A stretch of 64,000 bases of DNA from Synechococcus sp. (GTDB taxonomy: Bacteria > Cyanobacteriota > Cyanobacteriia > PCC-6307 > Cyanobiaceae). A program made the translations under genes and the position numbers. The DNA is taken from the NCBI GenBank assembly GCA_047285805.1, contig JBJBCN010000002.1:1024001-1088000 (forward strand), read 5' to 3'. Below, one piece after another: positions 36,890-46,024 of the stretch. The notes beneath the pieces are model-generated. The model did no database searches. It was not told where the DNA came from and saw only the letters and a list, made by a program, of their open reading frames with translations. Position 1 is the stretch's first letter; every line of letters begins with the position of its first letter.

Positions 36890-38542
36890 ATGGCCAACTA
36901 CAACCCGGGTCGAGATCTTCGTTGGCTGCTGCTGCGGCCCTGGCTGTTGATCGACCGCCTGGTGGTGGTACTTAGCAGCCTGCTGAGCCTGGCGCTGGTG
37001 CTGGTCTTCCAGGCCAACAACCCCGATCCCAAGGTGCAGCAGCGCCTCGGGCAGAGGATTTTCTCCACCCTGACGGGACTGGGGCCCTGCTTCATCAAGG
37101 TCGGCCAAGCCCTCTCGACCCGCCCGGATCTGGTACGGCGCGATTGGCTGGACCAGCTGACCCAACTGCAGGACAACCTGCCGGCCTTCCCACACGCCAT
37201 CGCCCTACAGACGATTGAGGCGGACCTGGGTGCTCCAGTCCAGCAACTTTTTGAGGAGTTCCCGGAATATCCCGTGGCAGCGGCGAGCCTTGGCCAGGTG
37301 TACCGGGCCAAGCCCGTCGGCGGCCACTGGGTAGCGGTGAAGGTGCAGCGCCCCCAACTCGAACTGCAACTGCGCAGGGATCTGGTGTTGATCCGCCTGC
37401 TCGGGGTAATGGCCGCTCCGCTGCTGCCCCTGAACCTGGGTTTTGGACTGGGCGAAATCATTGATGAATTTGGCCGCTCCCTATTTGAGGAGATCGACTA
37501 CCGCAAAGAGGCCGACAACGCCGAGCGCTTCGCGCGGATGTTTGAGAAGAACGCGGCGGTGATCGTGCCGCGGGTGGACCGGAACCTGTCAGGAGAGCGA
37601 GTGCTGACGACAACATGGATCAACGGCACGAAGCTTCAGCAGCGCCAGGAGCTTGAAGCCCAGCAGCTCGATCCAGCCGCGCTGATCCGCACAGGGGTGG
37701 TCTCAGGGCTGCAGCAGCTACTGGAGTTCGGCTACTTCCACGCCGACCCCCACCCCGGCAACCTGTTTGCTCTGCCGGGCAAGACCGGAGCAATGGGCCA
37801 TGTGGCCTACGTGGACTTCGGGATGATGGATTCGGTCAGCAACAGTGATCGCCTGACCCTTACCGGGGCGGTCGTGCACCTCATCAACCGGGACTTCGAA
37901 GGCCTGGCCCAGGACTTCGTCGATCTGGGCTTCCTCAACGCCAAAACCGATCTAAAACAGATCATTCCCGCCCTCGAGGAGGTGCTGGGGGGCGCCCTTG
38001 GGGAGAACGTGGGCTCGTTCAACTTCAAGGCGATCACGGATCGCTTCTCGGAGCTGATGTACTCCTACCCCTTCCGGGTACCGGCGCGCTTCGCCCTGAT
38101 CATCCGGGCGGTAGTCAGCCAAGAGGGCCTGGCAATGCGTCTGGACCCGAGCTTCCGGATCATCAACGTGGCTTACCCCTACGTGGCCCGGAGGCTGCTG
38201 GCGGGAGACACCGCGGAGATGCGCGAAAAGTTGCTGGAGGTGCTCTTCGACCAAGACGGGCGGCTGCAGCTGGAGCGCTTGGAGAACCTGCTGCAAGTGG
38301 TCGAGAACGACGACGGCGGTGGCGGCGCGAAGGACCTGCTGCCAGTGGCCGGCGCAGGCCTGAAGCTACTGGTTGGAGAAGAAGGCAAGAGCCTGCGCCA
38401 GCGGCTACTGCTGACCCTGGTGCGCGACAACCGCCTGAACACCGATGACCTGCGGGGTCTGATGGACCTGATGCGGCGCACTTTCTCGCCTAAGCGCGTG
38501 GCGGGCCGACTACTCACCCGGCTGAACCCGCTGGCCGCTTAG
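36890..38542 (+). CDS. AarF/UbiB/ABC1 atypical kinase
   Basis: LGPCFIKVGQALSTRPD, AAASLGQV, VAVKVQRP, FHADPHPGN, DFGM. Confidence 0.93.
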   Translation: MANYNPGRDLRWLLLRPWLLIDRLVVVLSSLLSLALVLVFQANNPDPKVQQRLGQRIFSTLTGLGPCFIKVGQALSTRPDLVRRDWLDQLTQLQDNLPAFPHAIALQTIEADLGAPVQQLFEEFPEYPVAAASLGQVYRAKPVGGHWVAVKVQRPQLELQLRRDLVLIRLLGVMAAPLLPLNLGFGLGEIIDEFGRSLFEEIDYRKEADNAERFARMFEKNAAVIVPRVDRNLSGERVLTTTWINGTKLQQRQELEAQQLDPAALIRTGVVSGLQQLLEFGYFHADPHPGNLFALPGKTGAMGHVAYVDFGMMDSVSNSDRLTLTGAVVHLINRDFEGLAQDFVDLGFLNAKTDLKQIIPALEEVLGGALGENVGSFNFKAITDRFSELMYSYPFRVPARFALIIRAVVSQEGLAMRLDPSFRIINVAYPYVARRLLAGDTAEMREKLLEVLFDQDGRLQLERLENLLQVVENDDGGGGAKDLLPVAGAGLKLLVGEEGKSLRQRLLLTLVRDNRLNTDDLRGLMDLMRRTFSPKRVAGRLLTRLNPLAA

Positions 38543-38567
38543 GGTCAGCGCGATTTGCAGATCACCA

Positions 38568-39035
38568 ATGTCCCTGGACCCGATCAACCTGAGCGAGGCC
38601 GCCCAGGACTTCGCGACAGGAGACTTCGGTGACCTGGAGGCGGGTGATTTCCTGCTGGAATTCGCCCCGATGTTCCAGCCGCCCTACGTCCTGGCGGGGA
38701 TCGGCCTCGCCATGGGGATCCTCTGCGGCCTGACCTTCGCCAAGCTCGTGCAGAACAAGCTTGACGGTTGGAAACAGGACCGCCTGGCCTTACTGCCCCT
38801 GGGGAACTTCGAGACCAACCTTCCCTACACGGGCATCATCGTCGGCATCACCCTGTTCATAGGCGGCAGCCTGCAGATCTTCGGCTTTGCCTCAGGCGCA
38901 GCGCTGCTGGTGGCCTTCGTGCTGTCCATGGCCACGGCTGGCGCTCTTTGGGTCCAGCTGGAACGACTGATGACGCAAGTCGAGAACGGCACCTTCAGCG
39001 CCGTCGACTTCGACAACTTCGACGAGTTCTTTTAA
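38568..39035 (+). CDS. conserved cyanobacterial membrane protein
   Basis: QPPYVL..GILCGLTF, three hydrophobic segments, acidic tail. Confidence 0.75.
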   Translation: MSLDPINLSEAAQDFATGDFGDLEAGDFLLEFAPMFQPPYVLAGIGLAMGILCGLTFAKLVQNKLDGWKQDRLALLPLGNFETNLPYTGIIVGITLFIGGSLQIFGFASGAALLVAFVLSMATAGALWVQLERLMTQVENGTFSAVDFDNFDEFF

Positions 39036-40024
39036 GCCGCCAGATAAGCGTGCATCGCCTCGGACCGGCGGCGCAGCTCCTCGTGGGCCTTGCGCTCCAG
39101 GCTACGGGCCCGGTCGCGGCTCATCTCCAAAGAACGCGCTATGGAGCTGAGGCTCATCGGCTCCTCGCAATCAATGCCGTAGCGCATCTTCAGGACGCGC
39201 CCCTGCAGGTCCGGCAGTTGGTCCAGCAGGCCCCGCATATCCATCCGCAGGCACTCGCCATCCACCAGCTCAGACGGTTGGGTGTCATCGGCCGCCAGCA
39301 GGTCCAGCAGCTCCGTGTCATCCCCATCGCCCACCTTCGTCTCCAGGCTCACAGGCTGACGGGCCCGGCAAAGCAGGTCCTTCACCTCCTCCTCCGGCAG
39401 GTCGACAAACTCAGCCAACTCCGTCACGGTCGGGGTACGGCCAAGGTCTTGGCTCAGTTCCCTCTGGCCCTTCTTGAGCTTGTTCAGGGTCTCCGTGATG
39501 TGGATCGGCAAGCGGATCGTGCGGCTCTTCTCCGCAATCGCACGCGTGATCCCCTGGCGGATCCACCAGTACGCATAGGTACTGAACTTGTAGCCCCGGG
39601 TCGGGTCGAACTTCTCCACGCCACGCACCAGGCCAATGGTTCCCTCCTGGATCAGGTCCAAGAGCTCCATGTTTCGCTTGGTGTACTTCTTGGCCACGCT
39701 CACCACCAACCGCAAGTTGGCCGCCACCATCCGCTCCTTGGCCCGCTGACCGCTGCGCTGACGCTTCTTGAGCTGAACCTGCGTCAGGCCTGCTTCCTTG
39801 GCCAGCACCGCAGGAGAGGGCTTCTCCACGCCTTCACGGCTCGCCAGCTCCTGCTCCAGCACTTCCAGCGCCACCAGCTCTTGGACCTGACGGCCCAGCG
39901 TGATCTCCTGCTCGTGGGTGAGCAGCGGAACCCGACCGATGTCCCGCAGGTACGAGCGCACCAAATCCGTACCGCCGGCCAGCGCGGTGTCGCGGTCAGC
40001 TCGCAGGATCGGAACAGAGGGCAT
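39032..40024 (-). CDS. group 2 RNA polymerase sigma-70 factor
   Basis: DLVRSYLRDIGRVPLL, ANLRLVVSVAKKY, DLIQEG, GYKFSTYAYWWIRQ; lacks region 1.1. Confidence 0.95.
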   Translation of the reverse strand: MPSVPILRADRDTALAGGTDLVRSYLRDIGRVPLLTHEQEITLGRQVQELVALEVLEQELASREGVEKPSPAVLAKEAGLTQVQLKKRQRSGQRAKERMVAANLRLVVSVAKKYTKRNMELLDLIQEGTIGLVRGVEKFDPTRGYKFSTYAYWWIRQGITRAIAEKSRTIRLPIHITETLNKLKKGQRELSQDLGRTPTVTELAEFVDLPEEEVKDLLCRARQPVSLETKVGDGDDTELLDLLAADDTQPSELVDGECLRMDMRGLLDQLPDLQGRVLKMRYGIDCEEPMSLSSIARSLEMSRDRARSLERKAHEELRRRSEAMHAYLAA

Positions 40025-40123
40025 CGCGAAGATGAATTACGAAACCCAGGTGTTTCGTAAAGCGTTTGAGGAACCGTATCACTTTTTTCTGGTGAGCAAA
40101 ATGCCTTTGGACACAGCGCTGAG

Positions 40124-40831
40124 ATGGCCGCTGAACGACTGCAAAAGCTGATCGCCCAGGTGGGGTTCTGCTCCAGGCGCCGCGCCGAGGAGCTCCTCAG
40201 GGACGGCCGGGTCACGGTCAATGGCCAACGGGCCCAGCTGGGGGACAAGGCCGATCCCAACAGCGATTCGATTACCCTCGACGGCGAACCACTCGGCGCC
40301 GCGGCCGAGCCGATGGTGCTCCTGCTCAACAAGCCCGCCGGGGTCCTCAGCAGCTGTTTCGACCCGGCGGGCCGTCCCATCGTGCTCGACTTCTTGCCAC
40401 CCGAGCTCGCCCGGGGACAGGGGCTCCACCCGGTCGGACGCCTGGATTTTGAAAGCCGCGGGGCGCTGCTGCTGAGCAATAACGGCGCCCTCACCCTGGA
40501 GCTGACTCACCCCCGCTTCGCCCACCGGAAGACCTACCTGGTCTGGGTCCAAGGCCGGCCCAGCCAACGGGTGCTGGATCGGTGGGCCCGTGGAGTCAGC
40601 CTCGAGGGAACCCCCTCTCAGCCGGTGCAAGTCAGCGTCGCCGACACCGAGCCGGATCACACCCTGCTGCAGCTGGTGATGGGCGAGGGAAAAAACCGCC
40701 AGATCCGCCGTACCGCCGAGCTTCTCGGCCACCATGTCGTCGATCTCCAGCGCGTCGCTATCGGCCCGATTCATCTCGGAGCACTGCCAGAGGGTCGCTG
40801 GAGACGAATAAACGACCAAGAATGGAATTAA
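40124..40831 (+). CDS. rRNA pseudouridine synthase (RsuA/RluB family)
   Basis: S4 domain ERLQK..SRRRAE, LNKPAG, VGRLD catalytic Asp, EGKNRQIRR. Confidence 0.93.
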   Translation: MAAERLQKLIAQVGFCSRRRAEELLRDGRVTVNGQRAQLGDKADPNSDSITLDGEPLGAAAEPMVLLLNKPAGVLSSCFDPAGRPIVLDFLPPELARGQGLHPVGRLDFESRGALLLSNNGALTLELTHPRFAHRKTYLVWVQGRPSQRVLDRWARGVSLEGTPSQPVQVSVADTEPDHTLLQLVMGEGKNRQIRRTAELLGHHVVDLQRVAIGPIHLGALPEGRWRRINDQEWN

Positions 40832-40848
40832 CCAGCTGATCGGCCGGA

Positions 40849-41751
40849 ATGCCTCGGTTCGTCCTCTCCATCCCAGGTTTGTCCCGTCTGCTGGGCCGGG
40901 GACATGGCGGGGAGGGGTCCGCTTCGGAGATGCCTGAACCGGAAGATCCCTTGCTGGAAGTGGGCCGGCGGCTCAAAAGCGAGCGGGAATCCCGGGGCTT
41001 GAACCTGCGACAAATGGCCCTCGAGACCAAGATCAGCACCCCCGTGCTCGAAGCCCTCGAGCGGGGCTGGCGCGATCGACTCCCCGAGGGCGCCTACCTC
41101 AAATCCATGCTCCCGCTGCTGGAGGATTACCTAAACCTGCCGGGCGGCAGCCTCTCGGCCGCACTGCCGGCGGAAAGCGAGAGCGCAACGACGCCCGGGA
41201 TGGTGCAGCGCTTCACCCCGGGGTCGATCGATGTCTTCAGCAGCTGGCAAGGCACCGTTCTCTACGGCGCGATCACCTTCAGCTTGATCTACGGCCTAAA
41301 CCTGCAGCAGCGCCAACTCGCCTCGGCCAACCTGCTGACCTACCAGCCAATTCCAGCCCTCAAACCCAGCGAGCAGGCCAAACCGGTCCAAGCCGGCAAC
41401 AGCCTCTTGGCCTCTTACCCTGACCTGAAGCCGCTCGAGCGCGCCAAGCGCGGCAGTGGAGCCGCCGCCCTGCGCCAACAACTCCAAGACCCCAAACAAG
41501 CAGGACAAGGGGTGCTGGAACTCAACCTGAGCCAGGCCAGTGCACTGGAACTCAGCAGTGAGGGGGGGCAACGCACCCGCCTCAGCGGCAGCAAGGGACA
41601 AGTGGTGCTGCAGCTGCAACCGCCCCTGAAGCTCTCGATCGCGCCGGCCCCGAAAACCGGTGAGGTGCTCTGGAATGGCAAGCCCCTCGCCGCCCTACCC
41701 AAGCAGCCAGAACGGTTCCAAGTGCCGGAAGCGCAGGCTCAGCGCCCGTAG
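40849..41751 (+). CDS. RodZ-like HTH transmembrane protein
   Basis: GRRLKSERESRGL..LEALERG..LP..AY HTH, one TM, C-terminal beta-rich domain. Confidence 0.75.
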   Translation: MPRFVLSIPGLSRLLGRGHGGEGSASEMPEPEDPLLEVGRRLKSERESRGLNLRQMALETKISTPVLEALERGWRDRLPEGAYLKSMLPLLEDYLNLPGGSLSAALPAESESATTPGMVQRFTPGSIDVFSSWQGTVLYGAITFSLIYGLNLQQRQLASANLLTYQPIPALKPSEQAKPVQAGNSLLASYPDLKPLERAKRGSGAAALRQQLQDPKQAGQGVLELNLSQASALELSSEGGQRTRLSGSKGQVVLQLQPPLKLSIAPAPKTGEVLWNGKPLAALPKQPERFQVPEAQAQRP

Positions 41752-43223
41752 CGGCGGGCCAATTCCCCGAAGCCCAGCAGTGGACCGGCCACTGAGGCAA
41801 TGGACTGGGGCAGGCGCCAGGTCCAGTTGTCCTCAGTTGTCCCGGGGGTGTTGAATCGAGCCTCATCCCCCAGGTGCAACAGGTCCTGCAGCGGCACCAG
41901 GGCCAATCCGGCGCTGGTCTGGAGGGCTAACTCCAGAAGCTGCCAGCCGGGGGCATGAACAGGTCCGGTCAGGTCCTCCACCTGAGCGCTCTGCTCCTGG
42001 CTGAGGTGCTGCCACCAGCCAATCGAGGTGGCGTTGTCATGGGTGCCCGTGTAGACGACCCAGTTCTCCCCCTCGATGTTGGCCGGGAGGTAGGGATTAG
42101 CTGGATTGCCGTCAAAGGCGAACTGCAGGATCTTCATCCCGGGCAAGCCAAAGCGATCCCGCAGGGCCTCCACCTCCGGGGTGATCACACCCAGGTCTTC
42201 GGCGATCAACGGCAGAGGCGAGGGCAGACGTCGCTGCAATTGGCGCAACAGACTGGCTCCTGGTGTCCGCACCCAATCCCCTCGCTCGGCGGTGCTGTCC
42301 GCACCAGGAACGATCCAAGCGGCTTCCAGAGCGCGGAAGTGATCGATCCGCAGCAGATCAAAAACCTCCAGCTGACGGCGCAACCTGCGCTTCCACCAGC
42401 GGAAACGGCTCAAGCGATGCAGCGCCCAGCGGTACACGGGCGTGCCCCAGAGCTGACCGGTCTCCGAGAAGTAATCCGGCGGCACACCACTCTGCAACCG
42501 GAGCCGTCCGGAGCGCTCCACCGAAAAGAGACGGCGATGACTCCAGACATCGGCGCTGTCATGGGCTACGTAGAAGGGGATGTCGCCGATCACCTGCACG
42601 CCGGCACGGCGGGCATGCTCGAGCAGCTGCTGCCACTGCACCTGAAGCTGCCACTGGAGCAGGGCTTCCCGCAGAAGCGGCTTCTCGTGGGAGTGGTCGA
42701 AGGCCTGGAGGGCCAAGCGCCGCCGGCGGGCCAGGGGAGCCGGCCAAGACCACCAGGGCTGACCACCCTGGCGTTGTTTCAGGACGACAAAGCGGCAGTG
42801 GTCCTTGAGCCAGTGGGCTTCCTGACCTCGCCACTCCTCAAAGGCCTGGCGCACCCTGGCATCCCAGCGTGGATAGCGCTGCAGCAGCGCATCAGCCATA
42901 GCGGCCGAGCGGCGCTGGGCCAGATCAAAGTCCAGCCGCGTTTGTTGCTCGGCCGAAGGAAGTCCGCGCAAGTCTTCGGCGCTGAGGAGACCAGTGGCCT
43001 GCAATGCATCCGCGTCAAGAAACCAGGGATTGAGGGCGAACGCACTGGGGGAGCTGTAGGGGGAACCCAAATCGTCGGTGGGCGCCAGCGGCAGGACCTG
43101 CCAGGCCTGAATGCCCTGGCTGGCGAGCGCCTCCACCCACTCGTGGGCAGCATCCCCAAACGTCCCGCAGGCTGGCGTTCCCGGTAGAGCCGTGACGTGC
43201 AGCAGGACCCCGGCGCGTCTCAT
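41739..43223 (-). CDS. malQ: 4-alpha-glucanotransferase (amylomaltase, GH77)
   Basis: RRAGVLLH, WQVLPL, GSPYSS, GVPPDYFSETGQLWG, RIDHFR, AEDLG, YTGTHDN, NTPGT. Confidence 0.95.
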   Translation of the reverse strand: MRRAGVLLHVTALPGTPACGTFGDAAHEWVEALASQGIQAWQVLPLAPTDDLGSPYSSPSAFALNPWFLDADALQATGLLSAEDLRGLPSAEQQTRLDFDLAQRRSAAMADALLQRYPRWDARVRQAFEEWRGQEAHWLKDHCRFVVLKQRQGGQPWWSWPAPLARRRRLALQAFDHSHEKPLLREALLQWQLQVQWQQLLEHARRAGVQVIGDIPFYVAHDSADVWSHRRLFSVERSGRLRLQSGVPPDYFSETGQLWGTPVYRWALHRLSRFRWWKRRLRRQLEVFDLLRIDHFRALEAAWIVPGADSTAERGDWVRTPGASLLRQLQRRLPSPLPLIAEDLGVITPEVEALRDRFGLPGMKILQFAFDGNPANPYLPANIEGENWVVYTGTHDNATSIGWWQHLSQEQSAQVEDLTGPVHAPGWQLLELALQTSAGLALVPLQDLLHLGDEARFNTPGTTEDNWTWRLPQSIASVAGPLLGFGELARRYGR

Positions 43224-44473
43224 GGGTTGGGGAGCTTGTAGCAGCTGATGATCCGCTTGGCGAAGGTCGGAATGTGGGCGTCCACCTTCTCGGGGTGATT
43301 CCGGCGCAGCCAAATGGCGTTACGGGTGAAGTGGGAGTCTATGGAGAAGCGGCCGTACTCCAGCCCCTGGGGCCCAAAGCGACCCACAAAACAGCCAATG
43401 ATGTTAGCCAGCCATATCGGCAGCTTAATCGCCTTGTCGTAAGCCTCGATCCCCTGCTGCACCGCCGCTTGACGCTGTCCGCGGCTGGTCACCGGTGCGA
43501 CATCCAGTTCAGCCTCCACCAGATCAAGCAGTTGCTGACCGCGGGGGTTGCGTACGGTGAGCCATTGGCGGCCAAACGTCGCCCCCATATAGCCGACCAC
43601 CAGGTCAGCGCCGGCATTGGTGTAGTCAAAGCAGCTCAGACAGCTCGGTGCGAAGACATCCTTTAGCTTCGGGGTGTCCAAACCGAAGAAGGGAACCGTC
43701 TCATCACGGCCATCGCTGTGGCGGAAGTGGATCCGGAAATCCTGCATGAACTCGTAGTGCACCACAGTCTCCGGGGAGGTGACCGTTGTCTCCAGGAAGG
43801 TCTGCAGGCCCTCCCGCGAGACGTTGTCGGTGCAGGGCAGACCCAGCACATAAAGCTGGTCGAGGGGCAGGGTGGACTCCACCGCCCGCAGGGCCTGGAT
43901 CTGGCAACCCACGCCGATGACCAGAAGATTGCGGATGCCACTGCCTGGCAGCTGCTCCAGCACCTCCAGGTTTGGGGAGAGGGTGGGTTTGTTTACCCGT
44001 GCACTGAGCACCTCCTCTGGGGTGCGGGCCAAGCGGGGGACCGGGGTGAAGCGATCGTCGTCGCTTTGCCCGACGCAGAGCACTGCATCCACCAGGCCAC
44101 TCTCCAACGCCAGGACACCAATGCGGCTCGCGATCCCGGTCCACTGGGCTCCAGCAATGGGCTGCTGCAGGCGGGCGGTGAGCATCCGCTGCTGCACTCC
44201 GAAGTAAAGCTCGTCCTCGTTCTCGAGATCACGGCTGCGGCCATGGGCCGCGGTCTCCATCGCCTCAAAGCGCTGGTTCAAAAAGGCGCAGCTGTCTTTG
44301 ACATAGGCCACCCAACGGCTGTCGCAGAGGCCGCACTGGCTACAGAGGTCCTTCGCTGGATAGGTGCTGCCCTTGGCCAGGGGCTTGGCCCGATCATGGG
44401 GCAGCGGTGAGCCTGGGGAGGAGGCGGCGACAGACAAGGACTTGGCCGGGCGAGGCCACAACCTATCTGGCAC
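43220..44473 (-). CDS. bciB: ferredoxin-dependent 8-vinyl (divinyl chlorophyllide) reductase, F420 hydrogenase beta-subunit family
   Basis: PAKDLCSQCGLCD, GAQWTGI, GVGCQIQALR, GLPCTDN, YEFMQD, APSCLSCFDYTN..DLVVGYMG; start uncertain. Confidence 0.85.
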   Translation of the reverse strand: MPDRLWPRPAKSLSVAASSPGSPLPHDRAKPLAKGSTYPAKDLCSQCGLCDSRWVAYVKDSCAFLNQRFEAMETAAHGRSRDLENEDELYFGVQQRMLTARLQQPIAGAQWTGIASRIGVLALESGLVDAVLCVGQSDDDRFTPVPRLARTPEEVLSARVNKPTLSPNLEVLEQLPGSGIRNLLVIGVGCQIQALRAVESTLPLDQLYVLGLPCTDNVSREGLQTFLETTVTSPETVVHYEFMQDFRIHFRHSDGRDETVPFFGLDTPKLKDVFAPSCLSCFDYTNAGADLVVGYMGATFGRQWLTVRNPRGQQLLDLVEAELDVAPVTSRGQRQAAVQQGIEAYDKAIKLPIWLANIIGCFVGRFGPQGLEYGRFSIDSHFTRNAIWLRRNHPEKVDAHIPTFAKRIISCYKLPNP

Positions 44474-44542
44474 GACTGCAACAACGTCGTCTGGGGCGGG
44501 TGACCTACGTCAAAGTGGTGCGTCCCTTTCAGCCGCCCGTCC

Positions 44543-45475
44543 ATGGCGAATCGCCCGCAGCGCAGTGCTCGCCAACGGGCCTCGATCCGTCTTTTGGCCG
44601 CTGGGGCGGGAATCGTGGCGGGCCTGGGGACCCTGAGCCTGGTCTGGCCCCTTCAAGACCGCTCCGCCAAAGAGGACGGTCGGCCCAACGCCGACGCCCT
44701 CGGGGAGCGGCCCAACCGGATCTTGAACGTGCTGCTGATCGGCAGTGATGCGGACCGTCCAGGCACCATCAGCAATGGTGCCGCCCCCGCCGGACCCGCC
44801 AACAGCGACGCGCTGCTGCTGGTCCACATCGACCCCGACGGCCCCGTGCAGGTCATGAACCTGCCGGTTGAAGCGGCGGTGCGCCTCCCCGGAGACGCGA
44901 CGCCGGTCCCCCTCGGAAGCCTCTACCGGCGCGGCGGTACGGCCCTGGTGGCCAGCGCGAGCGCCGAGCTGCTCGGGCTCCCGGAGGGGGAGCCCGAGCG
45001 TTACGTCGTGCTGACCCGCACCGCCCTACGGGAGCTGGTGGATGGGATGGGCCGCCTGGAGCTGGCCCCTGACCGGACCATGGCCTACACCGACCAGAGC
45101 CAGAAGCTGACCATCGCCCTGCAGGGAGGCCTGCAGCAGCTGAACGGTGCCCAAGTGGAGCAGTACCTGCGCTTCAAGGACCCAATGAACGGGGAGGAGC
45201 GCCGACGTGACCGCCAAGAGCTGGCGATTACGACCCTGCTGCGGCAGATGCGGCAGGGAACCCAGCTCCAGCGCCTGCCGACCCTGGTCAGCGAACTGCG
45301 GCCCCAGGTGGACACCAACCTCACTCCCCAAGAGGTGCTGAGCCTGATGGCGGTGGCGCTTCAGCCCGGCCAAACCGTCCAGTTCCAGACCCTCAGCCTG
45401 CGGCCCGCCTTCAATGGGAAGGCATCGATGCGGGAACTGGAGGAGCAGCGGCTGCAGCCCCGCTGGCCGCAATAA
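44543..45475 (+). CDS. LCP family protein, second and more divergent copy
   Basis: N-terminal TM, LLIGSD..NSDALLL, YLRFKD..RRDRQ, VDTNLT. Confidence 0.85.
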   Translation: MANRPQRSARQRASIRLLAAGAGIVAGLGTLSLVWPLQDRSAKEDGRPNADALGERPNRILNVLLIGSDADRPGTISNGAAPAGPANSDALLLVHIDPDGPVQVMNLPVEAAVRLPGDATPVPLGSLYRRGGTALVASASAELLGLPEGEPERYVVLTRTALRELVDGMGRLELAPDRTMAYTDQSQKLTIALQGGLQQLNGAQVEQYLRFKDPMNGEERRRDRQELAITTLLRQMRQGTQLQRLPTLVSELRPQVDTNLTPQEVLSLMAVALQPGQTVQFQTLSLRPAFNGKASMRELEEQRLQPRWPQ

Positions 45476-45944
45476 GGCGCAAACGCAGCTCGGCTGAGGC
45501 CTCCTGATCGCCCAGTTGCCCCAACCAAGGCAGTCCCTCAGCGCGGCGGTCCGCGGGGCTCCAGTCCCCACCCGCCTGAATCAACCCCAGGAGAGGCACG
45601 CGGTAGTGACGCAGCAGCGCCCAATGGCTCCGGGCGAAACCCGCGGCACGATCGGCGTCGCTGCAGACCAGACAGGTCGGAATGCGCCAGGACCCCAAGG
45701 CCTCAGCCCAGCACTCCCATCCCGAAACGGTCCGCCCCGGGTCGTGCGTCAAGGGTTGAAGCCAACCCGGCGACTCCGCCGTGAGCGCTTGAAACGACCG
45801 ATTGCAATCAGCAAGATCGCTCTGCCAGACAGGCAGGAGACGCCACTCACAAAGTTGAGCGAGCTGTGCAGCGGACGTGCCGATTCGCCCAGCAGGTGCC
45901 ACCAAAAACAACCCAGAGTTGGTGCTGAATTCGGGGCGATTCAT
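45411..45944 (-). CDS. conserved hypothetical protein resembling the C-terminal half of BioD
   Basis: WAEALGSWRIPTCLV..ALLRHYRVPLLGLI..GLPWLG; ATG 45944; 65-nt convergent overlap with the LCP gene. Confidence 0.6.
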   Translation of the reverse strand: MNRPEFSTNSGLFLVAPAGRIGTSAAQLAQLCEWRLLPVWQSDLADCNRSFQALTAESPGWLQPLTHDPGRTVSGWECWAEALGSWRIPTCLVCSDADRAAGFARSHWALLRHYRVPLLGLIQAGGDWSPADRRAEGLPWLGQLGDQEASAELRLRLIAASGAAAAAPPVPASMPSH

Positions 45945-46024
45945 CAACGGATAGGGCTCCAGAGTGCTGACCACGTGCCGGGCGGCTTCTACGATCGGTG
46001 TTCTACCGTCCAACCAGCGGCCCC

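Noticed and set aside
36851..37195. N-terminal extensions given by the ORF track for the decarboxylase (also malQ to 43313, clpC from 18329, hypothetical to 28222)
   Set aside because: They overlap other genes or precede the recognisable conserved N-terminus; downstream starts fit better
35489..43187. Long antisense ORFs (35489-36856, 38768-40060, 41955-43187 and similar elsewhere)
   Set aside because: They shadow well-supported genes on the opposite strand, have no motifs, and are expected in high-GC DNA
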